From: Nitrospinaceae bacterium
GTDB taxonomy: Bacteria > Nitrospinota > Nitrospinia > Nitrospinales > VA-1
Direction: 5' to 3'
Assembly: GCA_029261475.1 (NCBI GenBank)
Contig: JAJDBG010000018.1
Coordinates: 1 to 63,413 of the forward strand
DNA: 63,413 nt
The stretch's first letter is position 1. Every line of letters begins with the position of its first letter. Shown in pieces: positions 26,432-35,448 of the stretch. Both the position numbers and the translations under genes were made by a program. The notes beneath the pieces were generated by a model. That model saw only the letters and a list, made by a program, of their open reading frames with translations, searched no databases and was not told the DNA's origin.

Positions 26432-26617
26432 TGTTTTGGATGTCTATTTTTAATATTAAGGATGTAGGACTAATACCGTAAGCTCGTGGAAGTACACACC
26501 TGACGCAACTTTGTTGCCATAAACTATTGTTTTTGTGTAGACATTTGGTGTGACAGAAAGCCCCTAAACACTTGTTTTGCATTAGCTTGCCAGGTGTGAC
26601 AATTAGTTGTACTAAAA

Positions 26618-27523
26618 TCATACCTCTACCTCCTCTTGACACCCTGCGTCACTGGACTGCCCAAGTGCAAATACCAGAATCGCAGTCAACATACAAAGCT
26701 CCGGCAATACCAACCAGGCCAACAGAATATGCCAACCCAATTGCGGTTTAACACTTACCAGTTGTTCTTCAAGTCTCATGATGTGCTGGTTTAGCCGGTT
26801 GATTTCATCATAAGCAGACTTGACTGTTGCCGTAATCTCCGGCTTCCAGACCACAGGATTGCCATGCTTGTTGACTGGTGGGTAAAGTTCAATTATCTGC
26901 TGATAATCAGCTTTCATTTCCTGTAGCTTGCTGACTTGGCTAACATGTTTCTGTTCAGATTGCTTCTGGCTTGCGAGCAGTAGGCGTTTCTTAACACCGC
27001 TTAGATTGACGATTAGATTGAGTGATTGCAACACGCTGAATATCAGCATTAAGAGTATGGCTGCTTTCACCCTCCTGTTTCGGTACACTTTGGCCGACCA
27101 GGAGGCTGATATAGCTGTCCCAAGCGTCAATACACTGGCAGCAAGCACAGCAACTACTTGGAAATGCCCAGACGATAATATCTGGGCAATATCCAGAAAG
27201 GCAAAACTACCGTTCATTGTAGACCAGGAGAATCCACCAATAAACAGAATGGACAGACAGCCGCTATTGGCAAACGCCAACAGTCTGGTTTTGGCGTTTA
27301 TTGGCGTAGGTTTGGCTCCGCGATATGTGATTTGGCGAACTCTTGGCATTTGGCTATTATCTGGCATTAGGCTGGCGTAACGCTGTTCCTTGCGGCAGGT
27401 TTTACAGACCGAACGATGGCCGTCTTTGCTATGGCTGTTTTTGTCAAAACAATCCAGTACCTGCAGACCTCGCTTATGGCCACAGATACTACAGAGTTTT
27501 TGAGGGGTATTTATTTCTATCAT
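26618..27523 (-). CDS. Membrane protein with N-terminal zinc-ribbon
   Basis: 301 aa. CSICGH...CKTCRKE, several TM helices and a coiled-coil segment. Confidence 0.55.
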   Translation of the reverse strand: MIEINTPQKLCSICGHKRGLQVLDCFDKNSHSKDGHRSVCKTCRKEQRYASLMPDNSQMPRVRQITYRGAKPTPINAKTRLLAFANSGCLSILFIGGFSWSTMNGSFAFLDIAQILSSGHFQVVAVLAASVLTLGTAISASWSAKVYRNRRVKAAILLMLIFSVLQSLNLIVNLSGVKKRLLLASQKQSEQKHVSQVSKLQEMKADYQQIIELYPPVNKHGNPVVWKPEITATVKSAYDEINRLNQHIMRLEEQLVSVKPQLGWHILLAWLVLPELCMLTAILVFALGQSSDAGCQEEVEV

Positions 27524-27557
27524 TTTGATTTACTCATAATCGTTAAAACTTGTTTGA

Positions 27558-29183
27558 CTAGAAGTCGAAGTCCGTGATAACGGTATCACCAGGGGTTGAA
27601 GCTGTTATGTCCTCTGGTGCTTTTTGTGTTGCTTTCGTCGAAGCTTCTGGTTGTTCATTCACAATTGTATTAGTCCGCATGACAAATCTTTTATCCGCAA
27701 CAAATGGTTTGGCGCGGTCGGGATAATGTTTGTACGGCACGCGGGACTCAGTCAGTGGATAACTCGACAATTTTATGTAGCATGAAAGATTTGGCAATGA
27801 CTGGATTTGGGAAGGCAGTAACAGTTTGTCAGTGATGCGCTGGTTGCGGTATGATTCCGTATCACGATAATCTCTGGTACCACTTGAGAACGTGCTCTCC
27901 ATGACTTCGGCTTCTTTCTCACCAAAAAGACGGCTAAAATATTCCGCGCTATCCGAATCGTTCATGCGAAAAATGATATAATTGTTGCACTGATTGATAA
28001 TGGAGTTTGACATGTCTTTGCCATAGATAGTATCAATCCTAGCTTTGTCCTGAATCCCTATCCAGATGGAACAACCTTTTGACCTGCCCAGGGTTAATAT
28101 ATCTGTGATTGCGTTTAAGGGGTGCAGTGACCCGAACTCATCGAGCATGATAAAAATTCTACGGTCGGGATTATCGCGCAGGGATAGTATCTCTTCAGCA
28201 AAGGCGTTAATGAAAAGGGTAAAAATGCCTCGCAAAGTCTCGCGCTGTTTTGCCACAGAATTGAGAAAAATAAAGCCGCCTTTGCTGTCGTCCCGCAACC
28301 ATTCGCGTAACGACAAGCTCTGCTTGTTCTCGCCTTTGACCATGTAGCGAAATATTTTAGCGTTCTGCATCAATGTTGATATAACACCTTGGGTCTGTAC
28401 GCTATCGTGATTCTCAATGGTTGCGGCGGCATTGCTGCCAACTTCTTTCAGCATCTTGTGTAAAGTTGGAATGGATTGAGTCAGAGATTTCCACAATGCA
28501 TCATTGTTGGCAATTTTATGCACAAAACAATAACGCAGGATACCCGATAAAACATCGCGTGCTGCCTGGCAGAAGAACTTCTCTTGTCCCCTGCCGCCAG
28601 GTATTACACTAGCAGCTACCGTATCAAAATCCGGCTCGCTATCGATAACGTCAAACACGTCAAAATACAAAGACCGCTCATCGAAAGGATTAAAGATAAA
28701 ATCCGTGTCGGGATTATAGAAGCGAGCAACGATTTCCCCTTGTTTGCCCCCATGAAACAGACATTTCGCTTTTCTTGCTCTGAGTTGGGTAATAGTGCCA
28801 CAGATAGCCTGGCTTTTACCGGTGCCGGTCGCACCGCCGATGAAGACGTGTGTGGTCTCGGATTTATAAGGCAGTATGATAGTTTCTGAAAGCGGTAGAC
28901 TGCCTGGCGGCAGTTTCTCAGCCAGTTCTTCTTCGGCAATCATGACTGAGCCCCGGCGGGTGCGCTCGGTAAACTGGCGTTTGCTGAGTTTGTGAAAAAA
29001 GAAAATGATTGCCGGCCAAAGCAAATAAACGGCAAAACTCAATTTGAAAATACTGCCGTGACGGAAAAGCAAGATAATTATCGCCACTTGTGCAATACAT
29101 AAACCTTTTAGAATGGCCAGGTGCATCTTGATATTTTTGCGTACCATATTAAAAGTTAGTTCAAAGGATTTATGGGTACTCAT
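27558..29183 (-). CDS. Type IV secretion coupling protein (TraD/VirD4-like ATPase)
   Basis: 541 aa. N-terminal TM helices, Walker A GGATGTGKSQAI, Walker B IFIMLDEFGSL. Confidence 0.8.
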   Translation of the reverse strand: MSTHKSFELTFNMVRKNIKMHLAILKGLCIAQVAIIILLFRHGSIFKLSFAVYLLWPAIIFFFHKLSKRQFTERTRRGSVMIAEEELAEKLPPGSLPLSETIILPYKSETTHVFIGGATGTGKSQAICGTITQLRARKAKCLFHGGKQGEIVARFYNPDTDFIFNPFDERSLYFDVFDVIDSEPDFDTVAASVIPGGRGQEKFFCQAARDVLSGILRYCFVHKIANNDALWKSLTQSIPTLHKMLKEVGSNAAATIENHDSVQTQGVISTLMQNAKIFRYMVKGENKQSLSLREWLRDDSKGGFIFLNSVAKQRETLRGIFTLFINAFAEEILSLRDNPDRRIFIMLDEFGSLHPLNAITDILTLGRSKGCSIWIGIQDKARIDTIYGKDMSNSIINQCNNYIIFRMNDSDSAEYFSRLFGEKEAEVMESTFSSGTRDYRDTESYRNQRITDKLLLPSQIQSLPNLSCYIKLSSYPLTESRVPYKHYPDRAKPFVADKRFVMRTNTIVNEQPEASTKATQKAPEDITASTPGDTVITDFDF

Positions 29184-29503
29184 TTGAGTTTCTCCAATTG
29201 GGTTTCGAGTTGTTTTCTTATATTAGTTAGGTATGCTTGTCCCGTTGCATCAAGGGGTTCAGCCTCGCCACGATGAAGCTTGGTCAGCTCTACTAATAGA
29301 TAGCGCAGCATGAGATTGTTCTTTTTTAACAGTGTAAGTGAACCATCTTTTCTCATTTCCGATTGCCCAGAACACAATTCCGTATAGCAAAAATCTATAC
29401 AGAACCGAATCGCTTCACTTAGAGTGGCGTGTTCCTGTAACTCCTGGACATTCTTCAGTTTCCAGGTATCTTCGGTGGTCAGATGAAAGCTGCGTCGTTT
29501 CAT
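29180..29503 (-). CDS. Hypothetical protein (transfer operon)
   Basis: 107-aa ORF with a 4-nt overlap with the coupling-protein gene. Confidence 0.5.
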   Translation of the reverse strand: MKRRSFHLTTEDTWKLKNVQELQEHATLSEAIRFCIDFCYTELCSGQSEMRKDGSLTLLKKNNLMLRYLLVELTKLHRGEAEPLDATGQAYLTNIRKQLETQLEKLK

Positions 29504-29515
29504 GATTTCCGTGAC

Positions 29516-29908
29516 TCATCGAATGAAGTATAACATGGAATCTATTTCTGCTGCGATGCACTCCTGTCTGAGGTAATCCCGCAGCCAATGACAAACTGCG
29601 AATAATTCCTCTGCGATGTTGTCATCTTGATGAAAGTAAGCTGAAATCAATACGACGGGCTCTCTGACCACACCATTATTCCCGATATAGGAGCCCACAG
29701 CCTGCCACTCTGTTGTTCCACCGCAAAGGTTTTCAATGGTCGAGCGGCATCGCCGTAGCGCTTTGATACGAATTTTATCCGGAATTGGGCGGCCATTCGC
29801 ATTGAAAGAAGGCACGTATATTCTAAAACGATGTGCCAGCTTGAATTCGTAGGTCGCTGGAACCAAGAGTCGGGGTTCTTTTAATTCAGTGAAATTATTA
29901 CTAATCAT
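29516..29908 (-). CDS. Hypothetical protein (transfer operon)
   Basis: 130-aa ORF with an 8-nt overlap with the upstream gene. Confidence 0.5.
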   Translation of the reverse strand: MISNNFTELKEPRLLVPATYEFKLAHRFRIYVPSFNANGRPIPDKIRIKALRRCRSTIENLCGGTTEWQAVGSYIGNNGVVREPVVLISAYFHQDDNIAEELFAVCHWLRDYLRQECIAAEIDSMLYFIR

Positions 29909-30845
29909 CTAAATTCTCCTTTCCGCTTTCCAGGTTTGGTTCTTGTATTTGATGCACGTTGTTCATACCATTCTCGTTCTCGATAAGGCGTTGCAGATAC
30001 TTGTTGGCTGGTATAGGCACTGCCTCGGGTTGGTCGTTCTGCCGCATATAAATATTATAATCTTGCATGGCCGCTTCGTATCGGTACCAGCAATCAAGTG
30101 CAGATTCAACCAGCCGGGTGATTTCTATTTCGCCTTTTGTAAGCTGTCTTTGGTATTTCCGTTTTTTTGATTTTATGTAGAGACGCTCTAAGGTGAAATA
30201 GAAGGGAATGCCGAAAATGATTTCGATTACGAAGAGAAGACATGGGAACAAAAGGTCGTTTGCAGCTTGGACATCCATGGTTTGATGATAGGCCACACGC
30301 TTGAACGACAAATATAAAATGAGCGCCTGGACTATTAAAAAGACGGCCAAACCGTTCAAAGGATGTAGAAAACGCCATTGTATTGAATGCTTCTCATCAG
30401 ACTCGGGATACAGGTCAGGATGCAACTCCCCCTTCCCGGCATGGTGCCGAGACGACTTGAATCGATACTCAGGTGTGAGCTGTGCAAAGCAAGCCGAGCA
30501 ATAAATACCGGTCAGAACAATACCGGTAAACAACAAGAATCCAAAACTTGTTTCCGATAAGTAAATCCCTTTGGAAAACTGCCATTCGACAAAAAGCCCG
30601 GTCACAAACAATACCGCACCGACTTTACTTAAAAAAGCCAGGCGTTCTGAACCTCGGTCAATTTCCTTATAATCGTTATGGTTTAGTATACGTTCAATTT
30701 TATTTCGCATTACTTGCCAAGATTGATGGCTTCGAAAAGATACTTTTGCATCCTGGTTAGCCTTCTTTATTAAGTGAGCGGGTGGCCGCAACCTGTGGTC
30801 AATGGGATCTTTGTCAAAGAAATCATAATCGTATGCTTTCATCAT
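29901..30845 (-). CDS. Hypothetical polytopic membrane protein
   Basis: 314-aa ORF with at least four hydrophobic helices. ATGA overlap with the vWA-like gene. Confidence 0.55.
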   Translation of the reverse strand: MMKAYDYDFFDKDPIDHRLRPPAHLIKKANQDAKVSFRSHQSWQVMRNKIERILNHNDYKEIDRGSERLAFLSKVGAVLFVTGLFVEWQFSKGIYLSETSFGFLLFTGIVLTGIYCSACFAQLTPEYRFKSSRHHAGKGELHPDLYPESDEKHSIQWRFLHPLNGLAVFLIVQALILYLSFKRVAYHQTMDVQAANDLLFPCLLFVIEIIFGIPFYFTLERLYIKSKKRKYQRQLTKGEIEITRLVESALDCWYRYEAAMQDYNIYMRQNDQPEAVPIPANKYLQRLIENENGMNNVHQIQEPNLESGKENLDD

Positions 30846-31522
30846 GCACCCCCGACCTCTTTATTGTTCTGTGTAAGATAGCGGAGATGCCGCAACGCCG
30901 GTGTGATGTTTTCAAAAATCATAATGTGTGGGCTCATCGATACGGCGTCACTTTTGTTGGACAATCCAACTGCCAAGACTGAGACGTCTTCCGGCAGTTC
31001 GATTGGTGGCCAGGCTTTTATATCATCAAGGCAATCCGAAACCAGCAACAGGTATTTGCGTCTTGCAACACCTGCAGTCGCTTCCTGAAACAGCAGATTG
31101 CAACGGTGAATTGCGCCCCAGAAATCGGTTCTGGTTGCTTGGCGGCCATTTGAAACCACATCTAACACTCGCTTCTTGTAATCCGCAATCTTAGTTTTTT
31201 GATGCTGAGACAAAATTGCTTTTTCCCGCAATGTTGACTTAGCCATAGATTCGAGTTCAAGCCGGTCTATCTCTATAAATGAGGCTTTCGAGATTGGCAG
31301 AAAAGCCAGTGTTCCGCCATACCGTTGGCTTAAGGCGATTAGACTGTCAAGATGGTTAGCCGTTATAGACGGAACCTGGTTTTGGGGTGCACTCTGACTA
31401 CAATCGTAGATGACTCCGATTGTAACCGGATGTGGTACTTCTGTTGAACATGATATATTGAGAAACAGCAAAATAATAAAAAAAATCGTGCAACTTATTG
31501 AATTCATGATGATAACCTCCAC
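30842..31522 (-). CDS. Lipoprotein with vWA-like (MIDAS) domain
   Basis: 226 aa. Lipobox-like LNISC. DxSxS motif in VIYDCSQSA, later Thr (ATRTDFWGAI) and LLLVSDCLDD. Confidence 0.5.
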   Translation of the reverse strand: MEVIIMNSISCTIFFIILLFLNISCSTEVPHPVTIGVIYDCSQSAPQNQVPSITANHLDSLIALSQRYGGTLAFLPISKASFIEIDRLELESMAKSTLREKAILSQHQKTKIADYKKRVLDVVSNGRQATRTDFWGAIHRCNLLFQEATAGVARRKYLLLVSDCLDDIKAWPPIELPEDVSVLAVGLSNKSDAVSMSPHIMIFENITPALRHLRYLTQNNKEVGGA

Positions 31523-31791
31523 CCATGCAACCGCCGAAAACGTTGCATCAGGCTATTAGAATGTTTATATTAGTTTTCCTAAACAGAAAAGGTCTGCTTA
31601 GTGCCCGGGTTTCTATTCAATGTCTTTGATTTTACCTCCTTTCAGATTTTGAGTAAGTTTATTTTGAGATTTAACAGGCTTAACCATAGATTTGTCCTGT
31701 ACCGCACAAGCATATAGATTAATTTCATACACAAAAATATAAAAAAACAACATAAAGTCAATTAAAATAATACTTTATGTCGATTTTATAG

Positions 31792-31887
31792 ATACTAGTT
31801 AATGCAATATGCGGTACCAGCTTTTCATATTAAGAGTTTTAAAAACAACAACTTAAACAAAACACAATTTTATACTAGTTAACGCAA
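31792..31887 (+). repeat. 16-nt direct repeat ATACTAGTTAA(T/C)GCAA, two copies 80 bp apart
   Basis: Copies at 31792-31807 and 31872-31887, 15/16 identical. The second ends 15 nt before the ATG at 31903. Confidence 0.7.
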
Positions 31888-31902
31888 AGCAAAGGTAAAA
31901 CA

Positions 31903-32478
31903 ATGTCCTTTAAACGTCTGGATTATGGGCAAAGGAAGAAAATTCGGAAATTACGGCACCATCGAAAATTTTCACTTACGCAAATTGCGGAGAAGGTCGG
32001 TGTATCCGTATCAACGGTGAGTCGTGAGTTACGTAGGAACACGAGGCTGCTAGTGAAAAATAACAGCAGAAAAATCGTCACCTATGATGAAAAAACAGCT
32101 CAGGCCAAAGCGGTAGCTCGCCGAAGTCTTGCTAGCCATCGTCTGTTTAAAATAGAAAGTAACGAACAGCTATGTCAGTATGTAGTGAAAAAACTGAACT
32201 CAGGCTGGTCAGTTCCACTGATTGTGAAGCATGTTGAAAACGACACTGGAACTTCTCTTACAGCAAGAACATTATATAGCTTCCTTAAGCGACATCGAAT
32301 AAAAGCTAGTCCAGGGCGAAAGAAGCGCATCTCCCTTCAAGCTATTACAGACTTTACCGCCCCATCGCAGTGGGACAATCGGCAATTTAAACGGGTCTAT
32401 CAGCAATCTCTAGAGACTATACGAAAGGTAGACAACAGCAACATTACAAAAACAAATGAACAGAAGAAACCGCAATGA
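31903..32478 (+). CDS. IS30-family transposase N-terminal HTH region only (no DDE domain): truncated transposase or domesticated regulator
   Basis: 191 aa. LTQIAEKVGVSVSTVSRELRRNT is typical of the IS30 N-terminal HTH. The ORF stops before any DDE catalytic region. Confidence 0.6.
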   Translation: MSFKRLDYGQRKKIRKLRHHRKFSLTQIAEKVGVSVSTVSRELRRNTRLLVKNNSRKIVTYDEKTAQAKAVARRSLASHRLFKIESNEQLCQYVVKKLNSGWSVPLIVKHVENDTGTSLTARTLYSFLKRHRIKASPGRKKRISLQAITDFTAPSQWDNRQFKRVYQQSLETIRKVDNSNITKTNEQKKPQ

Positions 32479-32530
32479 AGCCGTTATTTTTTTTATGTAG
32501 AGTAGATATAAGATTGATTTCCTTATTTGT

Positions 32531-33517
32531 TTAATAAATGACCTTGAAAGTCGGTGAGTCCTCCGGTCGCATTTTTCTTTTATCATATAGCCTAGTCGTG
32601 GCAATGCTGGCATGACCGAGCCACTCTTGCACTTTCGCTATATCGGCCTCATGGTCAAGAGCATTTGTCGCGGCAGTCGCACGAAGGGAGTGTACCGCTA
32701 AATTTTCAATCTCACCTATTCCATTTTTTTTTACATAATACCGAACCACTTTATAAATCCCATCAGTCGTCATCGATTGATTAATTTTCCGATTAACATT
32801 ATTACGCACCGCTCGGAATAACGGAACTGACAGCTCATTTTCTTGTCCCGATGCTTCTAGGTAGTCAGCAATCAATTCTGCTGTACCTGGATGCAAAGGC
32901 AGGAAACGTATTTTGCCGCCTTTCCCATGCACCCGTAGGTGTAATACTCCCCTGCGCTGTGTAACATCACGAATTTTCAAAGTGCACAACTCTTCACGAC
33001 GCAAGCCGTGGTACAAAAACACTGACAATAATGCCCGATCACGTTTGCCTTTAATACTAGTTGGATTTGGCGCTTCTAGGAGTTGCCGTGCCTGGTCATC
33101 GCTAAGTGCTGGTGTTTTACCTTCATAGGTTTCAACCTTCGGTCGTTTCACACCCTTTACGGAATTGGTTGCAACAGCATTGCTTTCACACAAATATTCA
33201 AACAAGGACGATAAGGCCGCCAGCTTACGCCTGATGGTAGCACCTGATAAGTTTCGAGACTCCAAAAACTTCCGCCAAGCAATGATATGTGCCCGCGTTA
33301 CCATGCGGAATTCCTCCACCCGTTGCATTCCCACAAAAGACATGAAATCCTGCAAATCGATTTTATACGCCCGGCGAGTTTTTTCATTATCTATATTGGC
33401 AAACCATTCGGCTTCTGCTGGCACCTCAGCCAGTTTTTGAAACTCTGCCCGTGAAAGCAAACCTTTGGAATCCCCTACCGACACAATTTTAGTAGTCCGA
33501 ATTTTAGTTTTCCCCAT
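32531..33517 (-). CDS. Tyrosine recombinase (XerC/D-like integrase)
   Basis: 328 aa. SAM-like N-domain, R in GLRREEL, HSLRATAATNALDHEADIAKVQEWLGHASIATTRLY. Confidence 0.95.
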   Translation of the reverse strand: MGKTKIRTTKIVSVGDSKGLLSRAEFQKLAEVPAEAEWFANIDNEKTRRAYKIDLQDFMSFVGMQRVEEFRMVTRAHIIAWRKFLESRNLSGATIRRKLAALSSLFEYLCESNAVATNSVKGVKRPKVETYEGKTPALSDDQARQLLEAPNPTSIKGKRDRALLSVFLYHGLRREELCTLKIRDVTQRRGVLHLRVHGKGGKIRFLPLHPGTAELIADYLEASGQENELSVPLFRAVRNNVNRKINQSMTTDGIYKVVRYYVKKNGIGEIENLAVHSLRATAATNALDHEADIAKVQEWLGHASIATTRLYDKRKMRPEDSPTFKVIY

Positions 33518-33527
33518 ACTTTCATTT

Positions 33528-33557
33528 TACTATTGATAACATATTTTATCAATAGTA
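33528..33557. promoter_or_regulatory. Perfect 12-bp inverted repeat with 6-bp spacer immediately upstream of the integrase gene
   Basis: TACTATTGATAA-CATATT-TTATCAATAGTA, 11 nt from the integrase start codon. Confidence 0.6.
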
Positions 33558-33914
33558 GCTAACGAATAAAAGACCTTGCTATAGTTGGACATTCACATGA
33601 TGTGATGGAAGCGAGTTCTATCAAAAATCTAAGTTATGTTGTCAGCCATTCCTATTGCCAGTATTTTATGTAGTTTGGTTCTAAAACCAGGTCTTCTTAA
33701 AAAATCATCTTGATTTTAAATTACAAATTAAAGATATTAGTGCAAGTTAACTTTTGAAAGGAGCGTTTTACCAGTTTAATAGAAACTGGCTTTTAAAAAT
33801 TCATTTTCGTTGGTATTTCATACCGCGGACGTGACATCTACTGATAGGCTTTGAAATCTTTTTAAATGTACCTAACCCATTTAAGCAAACAACTTAAGTG
33901 GTATGGTACTAAAA

Positions 33915-34015
33915 ACGCAGGTATACAGAGAGCCCATCATTAGGGATACGTATACCTGCGTCATGCCGGGAAACTGGCATGGGGTCGCAAGACTCACCTT
34001 AGTGATGGGTTTTTT
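33915..34015 (+). promoter_or_regulatory. Candidate structured leader RNA (crossing helices plus U-tract) upstream of the BNR-repeat lipoprotein gene
   Basis: Helix A: 33915-33926 with 33950-33961 (12 bp, perfect). Helix B: 33933-33944 with 33997-34009 (12 pairs including two G-U), followed by TTTTTT at 34010-34015. Hairpin C: 33962-33967 with 33976-33981. A and B cross, so they form either a pseudoknot or mutually exclusive folds. Confidence 0.4.
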
Positions 34016-34077
34016 GGTGCCCGCTGGCAGCAAAGAATCCTCCGGTTTTGGACATCTAATTAACCAGGAGGTGTATT

Positions 34078-35283
34078 ATGCAACACAAATCATTTTTTCC
34101 ACTCATTTTATTTTTACTTTTTTCCCTACTTTTCAATTGTGGTGATAGCAGTATAGATAAGCTGCTTAACAGCACCATAGGCCTCACCCCTTCAAATGTT
34201 ACTGCCGTTATTAATCAAAAAGTAACATTTGACCACGAGGGTATGCTAGCTGATTGGGTCTCAAGCAATCCTGCAGTAGCAACACATGACGGCTCTCTAA
34301 ACGGCAACTTCATCTGCAAAACACCAAGTACTACTAATATCAGCGTCAGTACTATAGACGGCAAAAGAGCACAGACCAAACTTGAAGTTATTCGCAGCGG
34401 GACATGGGAATTTATAAATTTACTCAATGCTAATCTTGGTATTCGAGCCCCTTTTTCCGTGGTTGACGGGCAGTTTGTCAACTCTTCAAGAGGGTGGGTA
34501 GTTGGTGGCGCTGACAATGGTTCTGTGGCTGCGTTGACAGTAGACGGAGGACAAACCTGGCAGATGAAATCGCCTCAGGCCCGGGGTTTTGTGAATGCGG
34601 TCTTTTTCCTAAATGCAAATGAGGGTTGGCTTGCTGGTAATGCTTTATATCATACCACAGATGGTGGTAATGATTGGACAGCGATTAATTCATTGGGAAT
34701 CCGTCAGATGCATTTTTTGAATCGCACAACTGGTTTTGCAATCTCCAACAGGGCATTGTATCGGACAACTGATGGCGGCAGCAATTGGGACAAAATTAAT
34801 GAAGTCACCGGCCTTGTTTCAGAATTATTTTTTGTTGATAACCAATACGGTTGGTCGGCTGGTCAAAACCTTGCCCGGACTACTAATGGCGGACAAACCT
34901 GGCAGATTTTACGCCAATTGGGGGGTAACCAAGCGATTAGCCTGCTATATTTCATTGACCAAAACCGAGGTTGGATATTGCCGCACATATCAACAAACGA
35001 TGGCGGATTAACTTCTAAAGGAGTGGGGTTCAATTATTTTGGCGTAAACGGCAGCACATGGCGGCCCGGCACATTCACCGGTTCACTAGTCGGCATGCAC
35101 TTATTTAAGGACGGTTCTGGCTGGTCAACTTTTGCGGGTGGGGAATTCTTCCAGACCGCAGATGGTAGTAATTTTGCCCTGCAGACAGAAGGTCAAGGTT
35201 CACAAGTACGTGGCTTACGGTTTGTTGGTGATTTTGGCTATGCTATTAGTGAAGTGGGGCTCTATTTATTCCGGGGGCTTTAA
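34078..35283 (+). CDS. Lipoprotein with BNR/Ycf48-like beta-propeller repeats
   Basis: 401 aa. AGGAGG RBS and lipobox LLFNCG. Repeats TVDGGQTWQ, TTDGGNDWT, TTDGGSNWD, TTNGGQTWQ, TADGSNF. Confidence 0.75.
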   Translation: MQHKSFFPLILFLLFSLLFNCGDSSIDKLLNSTIGLTPSNVTAVINQKVTFDHEGMLADWVSSNPAVATHDGSLNGNFICKTPSTTNISVSTIDGKRAQTKLEVIRSGTWEFINLLNANLGIRAPFSVVDGQFVNSSRGWVVGGADNGSVAALTVDGGQTWQMKSPQARGFVNAVFFLNANEGWLAGNALYHTTDGGNDWTAINSLGIRQMHFLNRTTGFAISNRALYRTTDGGSNWDKINEVTGLVSELFFVDNQYGWSAGQNLARTTNGGQTWQILRQLGGNQAISLLYFIDQNRGWILPHISTNDGGLTSKGVGFNYFGVNGSTWRPGTFTGSLVGMHLFKDGSGWSTFAGGEFFQTADGSNFALQTEGQGSQVRGLRFVGDFGYAISEVGLYLFRGL

Positions 35284-35448
35284 TGCCTATAGATCACGAT
35301 TAATTCTAACAACTCATAAATTCATACAGAATTGTAGTTGCTTCTGCCAAAGGCTGAAAAATCAATATCGGTGGAAGCATCTACAGGGTTGTTAATATGA
35401 ACCCAAAGTCAAGCCCAGAGCGCATCGTCACCCCTCACTTTGCCGCTC

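Noticed and set aside
26424-26642. 72-aa ORF spanning the relaxase upstream gap
   Set aside because: It overlaps both neighbouring genes and has a Cys/Leu-rich, non-protein-like composition. The gap is treated as regulatory or oriT candidate DNA instead.
28066-29100. Several 60-107-aa ORFs within the coupling-protein gene
   Set aside because: They are alternative-frame or antisense shadows of a gene with Walker A/B motifs.
33903-34145. 80-aa plus-strand ORF upstream of and overlapping the BNR lipoprotein gene
   Set aside because: It covers the strongly structured region and runs out of frame into the real gene, which has an AGGAGG RBS at 34064-34069. It is more likely non-coding leader.
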